Assembly: GCA_028023455.1 (NCBI GenBank)
Contig: JAQFVV010000007.1
Span: forward strand, 5,084,001-5,148,000
Source: Epiperipatus broadwayi
Taxonomy: Eukaryota; Animalia; Onychophora
Direction: 5' to 3'
DNA: 64,000 bases
Made by a program: the position numbers and the translations under genes. Positions 1 through 12,585 of this stretch are shown here, in pieces. Position 1 is the first letter of the stretch. The number at the start of each line of letters is the position of its first letter. Below the pieces are notes generated by a model. It saw nothing but the letters and a program-made list of their open reading frames with translations. It was not told the DNA's origin and searched no databases.

Positions 1-48
1 TTTTGTGACATGAAAAGACTGCAATTTTGGGAAAATCTACCTCTTTAT

Positions 49-2959
49 TGAAGCAGATGATCTGATGCTCAGATCCTGCTTCACAGCCCACATCCAATCT
101 CCTACCACCTAACCGTATTCAAACTCGTCCTTACGCATGTATACACATAACTAATAATATATTTCTTTACCCAATAGTATAAAATAATGTAAACGTATGT
201 GTCCTAATTTAATATTTAATCTAATAATAATATTCTCATGTGTATGTGGTCGTAAATAATAAATATATATGTATATTTTAGCGTAGGAGATTGTGATTGA
301 ATTAATAGTATATATATATATATATATATAAGATATTATATATGATACTTATTATATTTTTCATATATAAGTTTGTAGACAGAAATGATGCAATCTTGTT
401 AGTAAGTCTCTCGAAAAACAATAACCCAGAAGACCCTTTAGATTAAAATAGAAGATTACAAATTGGTAATAATAAAATAAACCCATTAGTGGAAATTGTC
501 CATGCTAGCTTGTTTTAAAATCACAAGATATATTTTAAAACAATCGTTCGAGAAACTGATAACAAACTTCCATTGTTTCAAACATCTTACCAGATAAGAG
601 TATCCAGCCAAATGATTCCAAATGAAATCTAAGTGCTTAAACCGCCTCAGGTCCAGCAGTAGTTGCAAGTTACAAATTCAAATTAAAAGTATAAATACTG
701 CTGGATTTGAATCCACAAGGGAGGAGAGATCATTAAATAGCCATGCTGCTAAACATAATCCATGCCCGATGTAATTTTCATGCAATGTGTTGTGAGTAGT
801 AATTTTCGCCTTGTGCCTTCATTCTAACATGCTGATCCCATGAACGAAGCTTCCGTACTCCGTGCTACTAAACTTTATATATGTCTTTCCAATGAAAGGA
901 AGTGCTATCTCAAATCATCCCACTACCCTAGATCTAGTGACAATACCGATGAACTGATTCCTAGTGAAATGCTTTTCTCAATCATCAAGGTAAAGAACTC
1001 AGACCGCTTATAATTCCTAAAATCCTGCCTTCTATGTAATGTGTATATTTTAAACTATATCTTTTAAATGTCTTCAAATATATATAACTCTATATAACTA
1101 ATCTATGCTAAGCCTCTTATAAAATGTTTTTCTTTTATTTTATTTAAAAGCGGCCAATAATTTTTTATTAACATTTTTACGTATTTATATTTTAAAGTTA
1201 ATGCCAATAATATTCTAAAATCGCCAGCATATAACTTATTTTGTTTTCCCCACCCATCATTTACTGGGTAAATAATTTATAATTGATAAAAACAAGTCTT
1301 ATTTGGCTTGCCCAGATGCTCGCGGTTTTAGAAAAATAAATTAATTATATTTTTAATGTTTACTGTTGAAAAACAGATTTGACATCTGTTTTTCCCATTC
1401 TCCTTCCTAAATAATGCGCTATCTTTTATCTTTCAACTATATTATATATGTAAATTTCATCTTAGCTATTATGACCACCCTTTTTATTTTGCAATCAATT
1501 AATGTATTTCCACAAGGGCATAAATCAACCAAAATTGAGGTTTAATGTGTAAAACGTAATGAATAATATTAAGTAATATAATGTAAAGGGGGGAGGGGGA
1601 CCTTAACCTTTTATTCTATGTTTATATGTATAATTATTATCCCTGTTTGCTTAAAGTGAAGCCATGTCATTACGCTGAATAGTTCATCATTCGTGGGCAA
1701 TAAATACGTCCCAATAATCTTTAATTTCAGAAGTATATTTATGGTTTATTAATAAGCGTTTAGTGCATAAAGGCCATTCTATTTTATATATATGTTCATG
1801 CTTCTTTATTACATGGAGGCAACTGCAAAGTCAGACCCCATCTCATCTCAATGTCCTTGAACCAGGCTGTAAAACCACCCTGGGGACATCCTTGGTTCGT
1901 GCATGCTTTATACGGGGATCGCTCTGGAAAAACCAGCCCGATACTGACATAGCTGATCACTCCTCGTCATCCACGATTCTCCTGTATCTCATTCCAGGGA
2001 ATCTGGACTCTGTTCGTTCGTAAAACCGACCCTGCCAAAGTTTGCAGAGGAAATCGGTCACTTCTTAGAATTCATGAAGCACACTCCAGGATCCATAAAA
2101 AGGACCGATAATAAGCCACCATGCACGCACCGCTTTTCCCTTATCTTATCATTCGCCCAGAAGTATTCATAAGCCGTAATGAAATGATTTATTTAAACAA
2201 ACATATGTCCCTTATTTTAATATAAGTATTAATACGATAAATTTAGTATCGTTTGTGTAAATTGTTCATTACCCATCCCGTGCATTAATTATCTAAAATT
2301 CCCAGTTAACCGTCATATTAAATGTAATCAAATATTATCTGTGTTAAAATTATTGTTTGAAGTAATCAAATGCTCTTTTCGTTTCTGGGGGTGTGATAGC
2401 ATTCTAATAATCTATTCTAATAGTGCTAATTTACTCAAACACATATTTTATTGGCATAGCCGCAATTATAATGTTATTGTATAAAATGATTCAAATAAAT
2501 ATCTATAATAATCCTGAGGCTCCCATCGGCTAAATGACTCGACATAATTATTATTAATAAATCGTAAATATATATACATCAAACTCGAATCAGTGCTTTC
2601 TTTAGTTAAGATAAATATTAAGTTATTTCTTAAGCTTAAATATGACTAGATGATCTCCGCTCTACACATAATTAACATGCTCATTATTAAGTTATTCTAT
2701 CATGAGTTAGCCTTGAGTCTTTTGTGTCTCCAATGATCGATGTCGGCGGATGAGAAGTAAATTAATCGATGTCATCGGATTGTTGCTCATAATGTTATAG
2801 ATCTGGGAAATAGGCAAATAGGGCAGAGTTCATGAGTGTTCCTGACCTGTGTATCTTGTGCATGAGTGGATTTGAGGTACTTTTGCCTAGATGCTAGATC
2901 TTGTTACGTGAACATACAAATCCGACCGGCACAGATTTTTTTTTTCTTTTCTCCGGGTT
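49..2959 (+). repeat. 5' LTR (~2.9 kb)
   Basis: Colinear with 9696-12585; 6 differences in the first ~130 nt by hand count. The 3' boundary is uncertain (2940-2960) because of a T-rich indel relative to the 3' LTR. Confidence 0.9.
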
Positions 2960-2984
2960 TGTCGCATCAACGTAGGGCTTCGAA
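2960..2984 (+). promoter_or_regulatory. Degenerate primer binding site, tRNA-Lys(CTT) type
   Basis: TGTCGCATCAACGTAGGGCTTCGAA resembles TGGCGCCCAACGTGGGGCTCGAA (complement of the tRNA-Lys CTT 3' end, from memory) and sits directly after the 5' LTR. Confidence 0.65.
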
Positions 2985-3399
2985 TACAAACACCCATATA
3001 CCTGAGATAATAGTAGATAGTGATAGATATAATATATGTTTTAAAAAAAAAATTTTTTTTTTGAAAATTTTTTTTCCCGACATCCAGCTTAAAAATTTTT
3101 TTTGAATATTGGTACACACTCCCTGTGAGTCATTGTTAATATAATTATAAATATTTTTCTCTCAGTATATATATAAAAATATGTTTCAATTAAATAGTAT
3201 GTCATATACTCAATATTTTTTTTTCCCACATAAAAGTTTTAAAAAGTTTTTTCGTTTTCACGAATCTATAAAATAAAATAGTGGCAGTTTTGTTTTGTTT
3301 TCTTTCATGTATATGATTTGAATAATGATGATGTTATATAATGTTTTATTCCTTGTCCATAAATGTTCATTACATGTATAATTCTCGTGAGTTTTTTTT

Positions 3400-4560
3400 A
3401 AAAAAAGAAGTAAAAAAAAGTAACTGCTTTTAAGGGGCTCTTACTTTCAAATTAATTAAAAATAAAGATGTGCTTCTCCTAAATAATGTTCCTAGTTTTC
3501 GTATACATGTAAGTTTCCAATGATAAAAGAGTGATAGCTTTTAAGGGGCTCTCATTTTTATAAAATAAAATGTGTTTTTTTTTCAAAGAAGCGAATAATA
3601 TGTATAATGTTTTTTTTTCTCTTGGTCATAGACGTGAAATTACATGCAGGATGCCCGTAAATAAAATAATGTTAGTTTTAAAAGAACCTCCACAGATAAT
3701 AAAATAAAAAGTATGTTTTAAATAGTGTCTTTATATAATATTTTTCATGAATGATTTGTACAACATAAAAGTGTTTTCGAGTTTACCGTAAGATAAAATA
3801 GTGTTAGCTTTTAAGGGGCCTTCACATTTTTAATAAAAATAAAGTAGCGTTTATATATATAAAGGTTTCCATAAATGATTTTAAATAACAAAGTATTTCG
3901 AATTTACAATGTAATAAAATAGTGATAGCTTTTAAGGGGTTTTTCACATTTAAAATAAAAAGATAGTAAAAAAGTGTGTACGATATAGAATAATAGTATT
4001 GAGATATATAATTTTTTTTTTCCATTTTAATAAATGTTATAAATAAATATAATATGCCCAAGTTTTGAAGTGTGCGCTAAATAATAATAATAAATAATAA
4101 TTTTTCATAAATGCTTTAAATAACGATGTTCTATATAATTTCTTTTTATGTTTCAAATAATAATAGTTCCATTTTAATATGTTATAAATAAATATAATAT
4201 GCCCAAGTTTTGAAGCATGCGCTAAATAATAATATATAATAATCTTTCATAAATGCTTTAACTATGTTCTATATAATTCCTTTTTATGTTTCAAATAATA
4301 ATAGTTACAAGCCTGAGAGAATTAAATTAGTGACAGCTTTTAAGGGGCTTTCGCATTTAAAGATAAAAAGATAGTAAAGTAGTGTGTGCGCTAAATAATA
4401 TATAATAATTTTTTCTGAATGTTTTAAATAATGATGTTAAATATAAAATTTTTTTCCTTGTTAATACATCTGTTAAATAAGTATTTTAAATTTATAATAT
4501 GTTCAAGTCTGAGAGTTAAATAAGTGACAGCTTTTAAATGGTTTCACTGTTAAAAACAAT
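3400..4560 (+). repeat. Degenerate tandem repeats in the Gypsy 5' leader
   Basis: Motif GCTTTTAAGGGG recurs near 3426, 3538, 3807, 3928 and 4337, with a variant at 4530. A ~147-bp direct duplication lies at ~4021-4167 and ~4169-4310. Confidence 0.75.
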
Positions 4561-5343
4561 AAAACAAAGATTCTAATAATCGCAAAGGTGCAAAAGAAGA
4601 AATTTTTTTTGAAATGTTTTAATAATACTAATGCGTAGCTAACGGTTGTAAGTCAATGAAAAATAAAATGATATTTTGTGTTACATTTTCATCCTCTTAT
4701 ATAAATATGTGCTAAGGCCATAATAATTTTTTTGTTAAACTAAATGTATAATATTTAAGTATACAACCCATTAATAGTGGATCATCTGGTCAGAACATAT
4801 AGCCCTATCCCTTTGGCTGGCGCCCGGTATTAATACCAAAATAAATTTGCCAATAGGTGATTGAGTTACTTAAAATAAAAAGAGTTTGAAAGCAATGGTT
4901 CATAAAAGTTGTATAGAGTTTTTTTTTTTCGGTTCAAAATAAATGTATTAAGTATATCAATGCAATCGTTAATTAATCATATTGTCAAGATGTTTCAGGT
5001 GCTGAAGAACAACTCCCAAAAACAGACCATGAAAGAAGACAGAAGGCCAGGTAGAAGTTATAATAATTTTTTAATATATATTTTGCATTAAAGAGCAGTT
5101 AGAAAACTAGATCTAGAAACAATTAATATTAAAGGTTATTAAATCACAAGTAAAATAGCAATAATCAGTTTAAGAAATAAAACTTGAGAGCACGAGAGAA
5201 GGAGAGCAGAGTAAAGGAAAAGTGTAGAATGGGGGGAGGAGGTGTCTTAAACCATAGAAGAACCAAAAGAAAAGTTTTCATTCTAAGTTATTTGTTTTGG
5301 GATACTAAGTTAATAGCTATACCAAAATTTTGTTTTGTCAAAT

Positions 5344-6651
5344 ATGACCTCCTTTATACAAATCCAGAAGTTTCAGGGAAAGCCAGGTGAAGGCCCACAT
5401 GAACATTTGGAAAGCTTGGCAGTTTTGTTTTTTGCATCAACCCATGAGTGATGATGGACAAGTAATGATTGCAAGCCATTACCGAGGAAAGACTGCTAAA
5501 GACTGGTGGGGTCAGTTAAAGAAAAACCTAAAACATTCAAAGGATATAAGGATGCAATCCTAAGGCAATTTTGGGGTGAGGAGCAACAAACCAAGATTTT
5601 AATGGCGATAAGAACTGAACCTTATGGGGAACTCCAAGGTGAGATGTATACCCAGTTTTTCATGTGGCAGGTGGCCCGCCTAAGAACCTTAACAGCATTT
5701 AAGTATTCTGAGACCCAAATCATTAGGATAATTCAATGCAAGTTGCCCATCCGATTACAAGAGATGATTGAGATGAGCCGCATCACTGATACAGAAGAAA
5801 TGGACGAATTCCTGGTATCTGTGGAATGCAACTGGCATCATGTTAATAAAAGCCAGACTAATGAGGAAGGAACCGTACGACCTAGCAAAGAACCTAACGC
5901 TCCAAAAAGTTTTACTGAAACAGAGGAGACCCAGCCCATGAAGTACTCCACAGAGAAAAAACAGAGAAGTCAGGATTCCAAAACCATGATCATCCACGAA
6001 CCAGAAGACACCATTGATAAAGTGACTACCAGTGTATCACCCATTATAAATATCATAGACAATTGGTCTACATGTGCCTTACTAGATTCCGGTAGCCAAG
6101 TTTCCATCATTGCAAAATCTTGGATACAGAAATTTCAAGAACAAGGAGGGAAGTACGAGCAATTACCGACCTGTCCAATACACATGGTATTAGCCAATGG
6201 GAAGAAAACAATGAGCAATAATTATCAAGTCTGGGTGGAGATAACTCTGGGACATAAGCTGATTGGCCACGCCTTCTTAGTCGTACCTGGGCTGATATAC
6301 GATATCGTGTTGGGGTCTGATTTCTTAACCCAGCATCAGGGGGTCATAGATTATCCCCGGAAAATGTGCCAATTCCAAGATGAGCAAGTTAAATTCAAAA
6401 CTGTGAAAATGCCCATGATTGGTACCAGCAACTGCTTTATTCAACCAGTAGATCCCAAGACCATAGCTACCAAGATCCATGAGGCTGGATTAACCAGCGC
6501 AACGGAGAAAATCCACATAAAGAAAATCCTGGAAGACTATGCAAGTGTTTTCCAACACTCCTGGACAAATCCGCGGATACACCCACAGAATCAAAGTCCA
6601 GAAAGAATCGTACAAGCAGTCAAAAACATACCCGATCCCTTTTCAATATAG
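5344..6651 (+). pseudogene. gag: Gypsy gag (capsid) and aspartic protease, frameshifted
   Basis: MTSFIQIQKFQGKPGEGPHEHLESL at 5344, then a frameshift to WGSVKEKPKTFKGYKDAILRQFW. Protease motif LLDSGSQVSII at ~6079. No CCHC knuckle seen. Confidence 0.85.
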
Positions 6652-7825
6652 GGAAGAAGTGGAAAACCAGATCTGTCAAATGTTGGAATGGAATATTATC
6701 GAGCGATGCCCATCTCCATACAACAACCCATTGGTTGTCGTAAAAAAGAATGGAAGTCTACGCCTGTGCCTCGATGCCCGCCACTTGAATCATATGACAA
6801 TCCCTAAGCGGGATGTGCCACCTCCAATCCAGGATGTGTTTGTGCAGCTGGCAGGAAATACTTATTTTTCTACATTAGATCTTACTGCGAACTACTTGCA
6901 AATGGCCTTAGACCCACGGGATCGAAAGTATATGACATTTCGATACCAGGGACATACGCACGTCTTCAAAAGAGTCCCATTTGGATTGATTAATAGTGGG
7001 GCTGGGCTAATGCGATGCTTGAAACAGGTACTTTCAGAAGAAGTACAACGGCACATGGTTTGTTATGTGGATGATATTGTGATCGTATCCAAAATTTTTG
7101 ATAAACATATGAAGTATTTGGCCATGTTTTTCCGAGAATGCCTTAGGGAAAACATTACAATTAATTTTGAAAAAAGCCAGTTTGCGGTAACCGAAATCTC
7201 CTTCTTAGGCCACATCATCAGCCAGCAAGGGATCACAGTACACCCTGAGAAAGTAGAGGCCATTGAGAAATTTCCTACGCCCACTACGCAGAAACAAGTC
7301 AGATCTTTTCTTGGCCTTTGCAACTTCTACCACCGTTTCTACCCCGCCTTTGCCCAGGAAACCCACCACTTGACCAACCTGCTACAGAAGGATAGAAAAT
7401 GGGAATGGACAGATAAACACCAACAGGAAATTAATAAAATCAAAGACAAATTCCTCCAAGCCGTAATGCTTCACTATCCCGATTTTAACCGTCCATTCTA
7501 CCTCCAGACTGATAGCAGCAAAAGCAGTTTAGGATCAGTATTATTCCAAATTGGAACCCCTGGCGAGCATCAAGTTGCAGAAGTTAATTATACTACCACT
7601 GAACAAGAGATCCTCGCGATCATCTGGGCGTGCCAAAAATTTAAGCAGTTTCTTCTGGGGTCCGAGGTCATCATTATTACAGATCACTGCTGCCTCGAAT
7701 TCCTGAGCAAAAGTTTTCTAACGAATGACCGGTTATAAGATGGAGTCTCTTTCTGCAGAAATTCCAGTACAAAGTGATCTATTGCCTGGGCCCAGAAGAT
7801 GTGGTTGCAGATGCATTAAGTGTAC
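6539..7825 (+). pseudogene. pol: Gypsy reverse transcriptase and RNase H
   Basis: SPYNNPLVVVKK, LRLCLDARHLN, PFGLINSG, YVDD (7064-7075), FLGH, LQTDSS, YTTTEQEILAI, ITDH. Premature stop at 7736-7738, then RWSLFLQ and VADALS. Confidence 0.95.
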
Positions 7826-8099
7826 AGCCCATAGTGATTAAGCCACAAAACCCAGCGATTGATAATCAGACCGTAAAGATTATGACCACGAACAAGGCAA
7901 CCAGCATCAATTCAGATCTCAAAAACCTCTGATACTATCAAGAATTAGATCCCCAGTATGGAGCAATCATTAGCAAGCTGAAAACAAACAAACCCGATAA
8001 GAGCACCAAATCGTGTGATAAACGAATATCACCATATCAAATTAGGAATGGGATCCTGCAGATAAAAACCAAGAACAGGGAAAGCCCATGGAAAATCAT

Positions 8100-9133
8100 G
8101 GCGCCTAAGCGATTAAGAAACCAACTGATAATGTATGCCCATGAAACGTCTGGACACTACGGGCCGAGAAAGACGAAGTATTGAGATGTCAATTTTATTG
8201 GCCCGGGATGTATGCACAGATGCTCCACATGTTGAGGACTTGTACCACCTGTTCTCAATGCAAGTTCCCAAATAAATCATTCGCCGGCACTCGCAAACCG
8301 GTTCTCGCTACTGTTCCTAACGAACTACTGGCCATTGATCATTATGGACTTTTACCAAAATTTTGGGGATGTCAATATCTCTTGGTGACGTATGATATCT
8401 TTTCAAAATATGTACGGGCATACTCAGTAAAAGCAAATGATTGTAGGGGGCAATACGTCTTCTCGAAAACATCCAATTCAGGGAAGTAGGTAAACCTACT
8501 ACCATCCTATCGGACCATGGGTCTGCATTCACATCAAAAGCATGGAAAGATTGGATCTACTGACAAGGGATAACACACTGACTCACATCTATAAGGAACC
8601 CACAATCAAACCCGTGTGAACGAGTCATACTGGAAATCAATAGACTGTTTCGCACCTACCTTGCGACCAACCATCGAGGATGGGTAGATAAAACTAAAGA
8701 AATAGTAAATTATATCAACTATACCATAAATAAATCAACTGGCTTTACCCCAGAATGGCTATACTATGGTAGACCATGTCCAAGGGTCTTCAAAATACCC
8801 CTACCACAGGATGTTATACATATAAATCTGAGTCAGGATCAAGAGGATGCTTGGCAGCGTTTAACGCATATGGCTGAAATATGAGTACAGAGAGGACTCC
8901 TCTTGTGCCACAAATTTCGGGAAGGAGATGATGTATGGCATTAGAACCCCAAACCCAGCAACCCTACGAAAAAAGAATTCAAAAAATTCTTCCCTTTATA
9001 TCAAGGGCCGTACCGCATTGAAAGAGAATGTGGGGACAATGCTTTCTTGCTAAAGGGAACCAAGGAAATAAAAGGGACTTTTAATGCAAGGCAATTAAAA
9101 CCATACGAACCACCAGATAGAGGGAGAAACTAG
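8100..9133 (+). pseudogene. Gypsy integrase, degenerate
   Basis: HHCC zinc finger (HETSGHYG, FYWPGM, CTTCSQCK), LAIDHYG core start, NPQSNPCER, and GPY motif (GPYRIE) at ~9004. Several stops and frameshifts. Confidence 0.9.
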
Positions 9134-9695
9134 AGGAGAAGCCGGACAGATAGAACCTGATGACCTGGATATGGAATGGTAAATGATCTTAGGATTCTAA
9201 TAATTTCTATATGCTTTAGTAGTTTTTTTTAATTATTGATATGTTACTCTATTAACCAAGCAGTAAATAATTTATATATTATACCATAGTTTTGATATGT
9301 TATTCTATTAACCAAGCAGTTTTTTTTATGTAAGTGAATTATTTGTATATGTATAGCATAGTTCTTATATCATTATCATATTATACCCAATTAACTAAGC
9401 AAGTTTTTTTAAGGCAGTAAAATTTTAATATAACAGAGAGGGTATTTCATCAAAAGTCATAAAATTTTTAATAAAACCCATAAAAGTTTCCAATATAGCA
9501 GAGAGATATTATACCTTATATAAAGTCATAAAATTTCAATATAACAGAGAATTAGTATACCGCAAGTGCAAGGCATAAAATTCTTTAGATACATCGCCGA
9601 TCCAAAGTTGTTCTTTAGTTACCTGTACATCAAGTAAAAGCTTTTTTTTTCTTTTTTTAATGATTTTTCTTTTTTTTTCGGTAAGTTCAGGAAAA

Positions 9696-12585
9696 TGAAG
9701 CAGATGCTCTGATGCTCAGATCCTGCTTCACAGCCCACATCCAGTCTCCTACCACCTAACCGTATTCAAACTCGTCCTTATGCACGTATACCCATAACTA
9801 ATAATACATTTCTTTACCCAATAGTATAAAATAATGTAAACGTATGTGTCTTAATTTAATATTTAATCTAATAATAATATTCTCATGTGTATGCGGGCAT
9901 AAATAATAAATATATATATGTATATTTTAGTGTAGGAGATTGTGATTAAATTAATAGTATATTATATATATATAAGATATTAGATATGATACTTATTATA
10001 TTTTTCATATATAAGTTTGTAGCCAGAAATGATGCAATCTTGTTAGTAAGTCTCTCGAAAAACAATAACCCGGAAGACCCTTTAGATTAAAATAGAAGAT
10101 TACAAATTGGTAATAATAAAATAAACCCATTAGTGGAAATTGTCCACGCTAGCTTGTTTTAAAATCACAAGATATATTTTAAAACAATCGTTCAAGAAAC
10201 TGATAACAAACTTCCATTGTTTCAAACATCTTACCAGATAAGAGTATCCAGCCAAATGATTCCAAATGAAATCTAAGTGCTTAAACCGCCTCAGGTCCAG
10301 CAGTAGTTTCCAAGTTACAAATTCAAATTAAAAGTATAAATACTGCTGGATTTGAATCCACAAGGGAGGAGAGATTATTAAATAGCCATGCTGCTGAACA
10401 TAATCCAAGCCCGATGTAATATTCATGCAATGTGTTGTGAGTAGTAAGTTTCGCCTTGTCCCTCCATTATAACATGCTGATCCCATGAACGAAGCTTCCA
10501 TACTCTGTGCTACTGAACTTTATATATGTCTTTCCAATGAAATGAAGTGCTATCTCAAATCAGCCCGCTACCCTAGATCTAGTGACAATACTGATGGACT
10601 GATTCCTAGTGAAATGCTTTTCTCAATCATCAAGGTAAAGAACTCAGACTGCTTATAATTCCTAAAATCCTGCCTTCTATGTAATGTGTATATTTTAAAC
10701 TATATCTTTTAAATGTCTTCAAATATATATAACTCTATATAACTAATCTATGCTAAGCCTCTTATAAAATGTTTTTCTTTTATTTTATTTAAAAGTGGCC
10801 AATATTTTTTTATTAACATTTTTACGTATTTATATTTTAAAGTTAATGCCAATAATATTCTAAAATCGCCAGCGTATAATTTATTTTGTTTTCCCCACCC
10901 ATCATTTACTGGGTAAATAATTCATAATTGATAAAAACAAGTCTTATTTGGCTTGCCCAGATGCTCACGGTTTTAGAAAAATAAATTAATTATATTTTTA
11001 ATGTTTACTGTTGAAAAACAGATTTGACATCTGTTTTTACCATTCCCCTTCCTAAATAATGCACTATCTTTTATCTTTTAATTATATTATATATGTAAAT
11101 TTCATCTTAGCTATTATGACCACCCTTTTTATTTTGCAATCAATTAATGTATCCACAAGGGCATAAATCAACCAAAATTGAGGTTTAATGTGTAAAATAT
11201 AATGAATAATATTAAGTAATATAATGTAAAGAGGGGAGGGGGACCTTAACCTTTTATTCTATGTTTCTATGTTTAATTATTATCCCTGTTTGCTTAAAGT
11301 GAAGCCATGTCATTACACTGAATAGTTCATCATTCGTGGGCAATAAATACGTCCCAATAATCTTTAATTTCAGAAGTATATGGTTTATTAATAAGCGTTT
11401 AGTGCATAAAGGCCATTCTATTTTATATATATGTTCGTGCTTCTTTATTACATGGAGGCAACCGCAAAGTCGGACCCCATCGTCGTCTCAATGTCCTTGA
11501 ACCAGGCTGTAAAACCACCCTGGGGACATCCTTGGTTCATGCATGCTTTATACGGGGATCGCTCTGGAAAAACCAGCCCGATACTGACATAGCCGACCAC
11601 TCCTCGTCATCCATGATTTGCCTGTACCTCATTCCAGGGAATCTGAACTCTGTTCATTTGTAAAACCGACCCTGCCAAAGTTTACAGAGGAAATCGGTCA
11701 CTTCTTAGAATTCGTGAAGCACACTCCGGGATCCATAAAAAGGACCGATAATAAGCCACCATGCACGCACCACTTTTCCCTTATCTTATCATTCACCCAG
11801 AAGTATTCATAAGCTGTAATGAAATGATTTATTTAAACAAACATATATCCCTTATTTTAATATAAGTATTAATATGATAAATTTAGTATCATTTGTGTAA
11901 ATTGTTCATTACCCATCCCGCGCATTAATTATCTAAAATTCCCAGTTAACTGTCATATTAAATGTAATCAAATATTATCTGTGTTAAAATTATTGTTTGA
12001 AGTAATCAAATGCTCTTTTCATTTCTGGGGGTGTGATAGCATTCTAATAATCTATTATAATAGCGCTAATTTACTCAAACACATATATAAATTATTGGCA
12101 TAGCTGCAATTATCACGTTATTGTATAAAATGATTCAAATAAATATCTATAATAATCCTGAGGCTCACGTCGGCTAAATGACCCGACATAATTATTATTA
12201 ATAAATCTTAAATATATATACATCAAACTCGAATCAGTGCTTTCTTTAGTTAAGATAAATATTTAGTTATTTCTTAAGCTTAAATATGACTAGATGATCT
12301 CCGCTCTACACATAATTAACATGCTCATTATTAAGTTATTCTATCATGAGTTAGCCTTGAGTCTTTTGTGTCTCCGATGATCGATGTTGGCAGATGAGAA
12401 GTAAATTAATCGATGTCATCGGGATTGTTGCTCATAATGTTATAGATCTGGGAAATAGGCAAATAGGGCAGAGTTCATGAGTGTTCCTGACCTGTTTATC
12501 TTGCACACGAGTCGATTCGAGATACTTTTGCCTAGATGCTAGATCTTGTTACGTGAACATACAAATCCGACCGGCATAGGTTTCT
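9696..12585 (+). repeat. 3' LTR (~2.9 kb)
   Basis: Begins TGAAGCAG after a weak purine tract (CAGGAAAA). Ends CATAGGTTTCT (terminal CA apparently mutated), followed by TSD TTAT. Confidence 0.9.

Larger units (their letters stand above)
49..12585 (+). mobile_element. Full-length, mutationally disabled Ty3/Gypsy LTR retrotransposon (LTR-PBS-long leader-gag-PR-RT-RH-INT-LTR)
   Basis: Direct repeats start TGAAGCAGATG at 49 and 9696. The 4-bp flank TTAT is duplicated (45-48 and 12586-12589). Domain order PR-RT-RH-INT is Gypsy-type. Stops and frameshifts are present. Confidence 0.95.

Noticed and set aside
946-975. Hammerhead-like core in the long LTR (CCGATGA / CTGATGG-ACT-AGT-GAAA; also 10591-10614)
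   Set aside because: Neither LTR has an intact CUGANGA, and I found no helix I partner or NUH site in type I or III topology.
4818-4827. TGGCGCCCGG as primer binding site
   Set aside because: It is 1.9 kb from the LTR and only 8-9 nt match; a better PBS abuts the LTR at 2960.
9134-9695. env or third ORF in the large Gypsy
   Set aside because: Only ~560 bp of AT-rich, locally repetitive UTR with no ORF.
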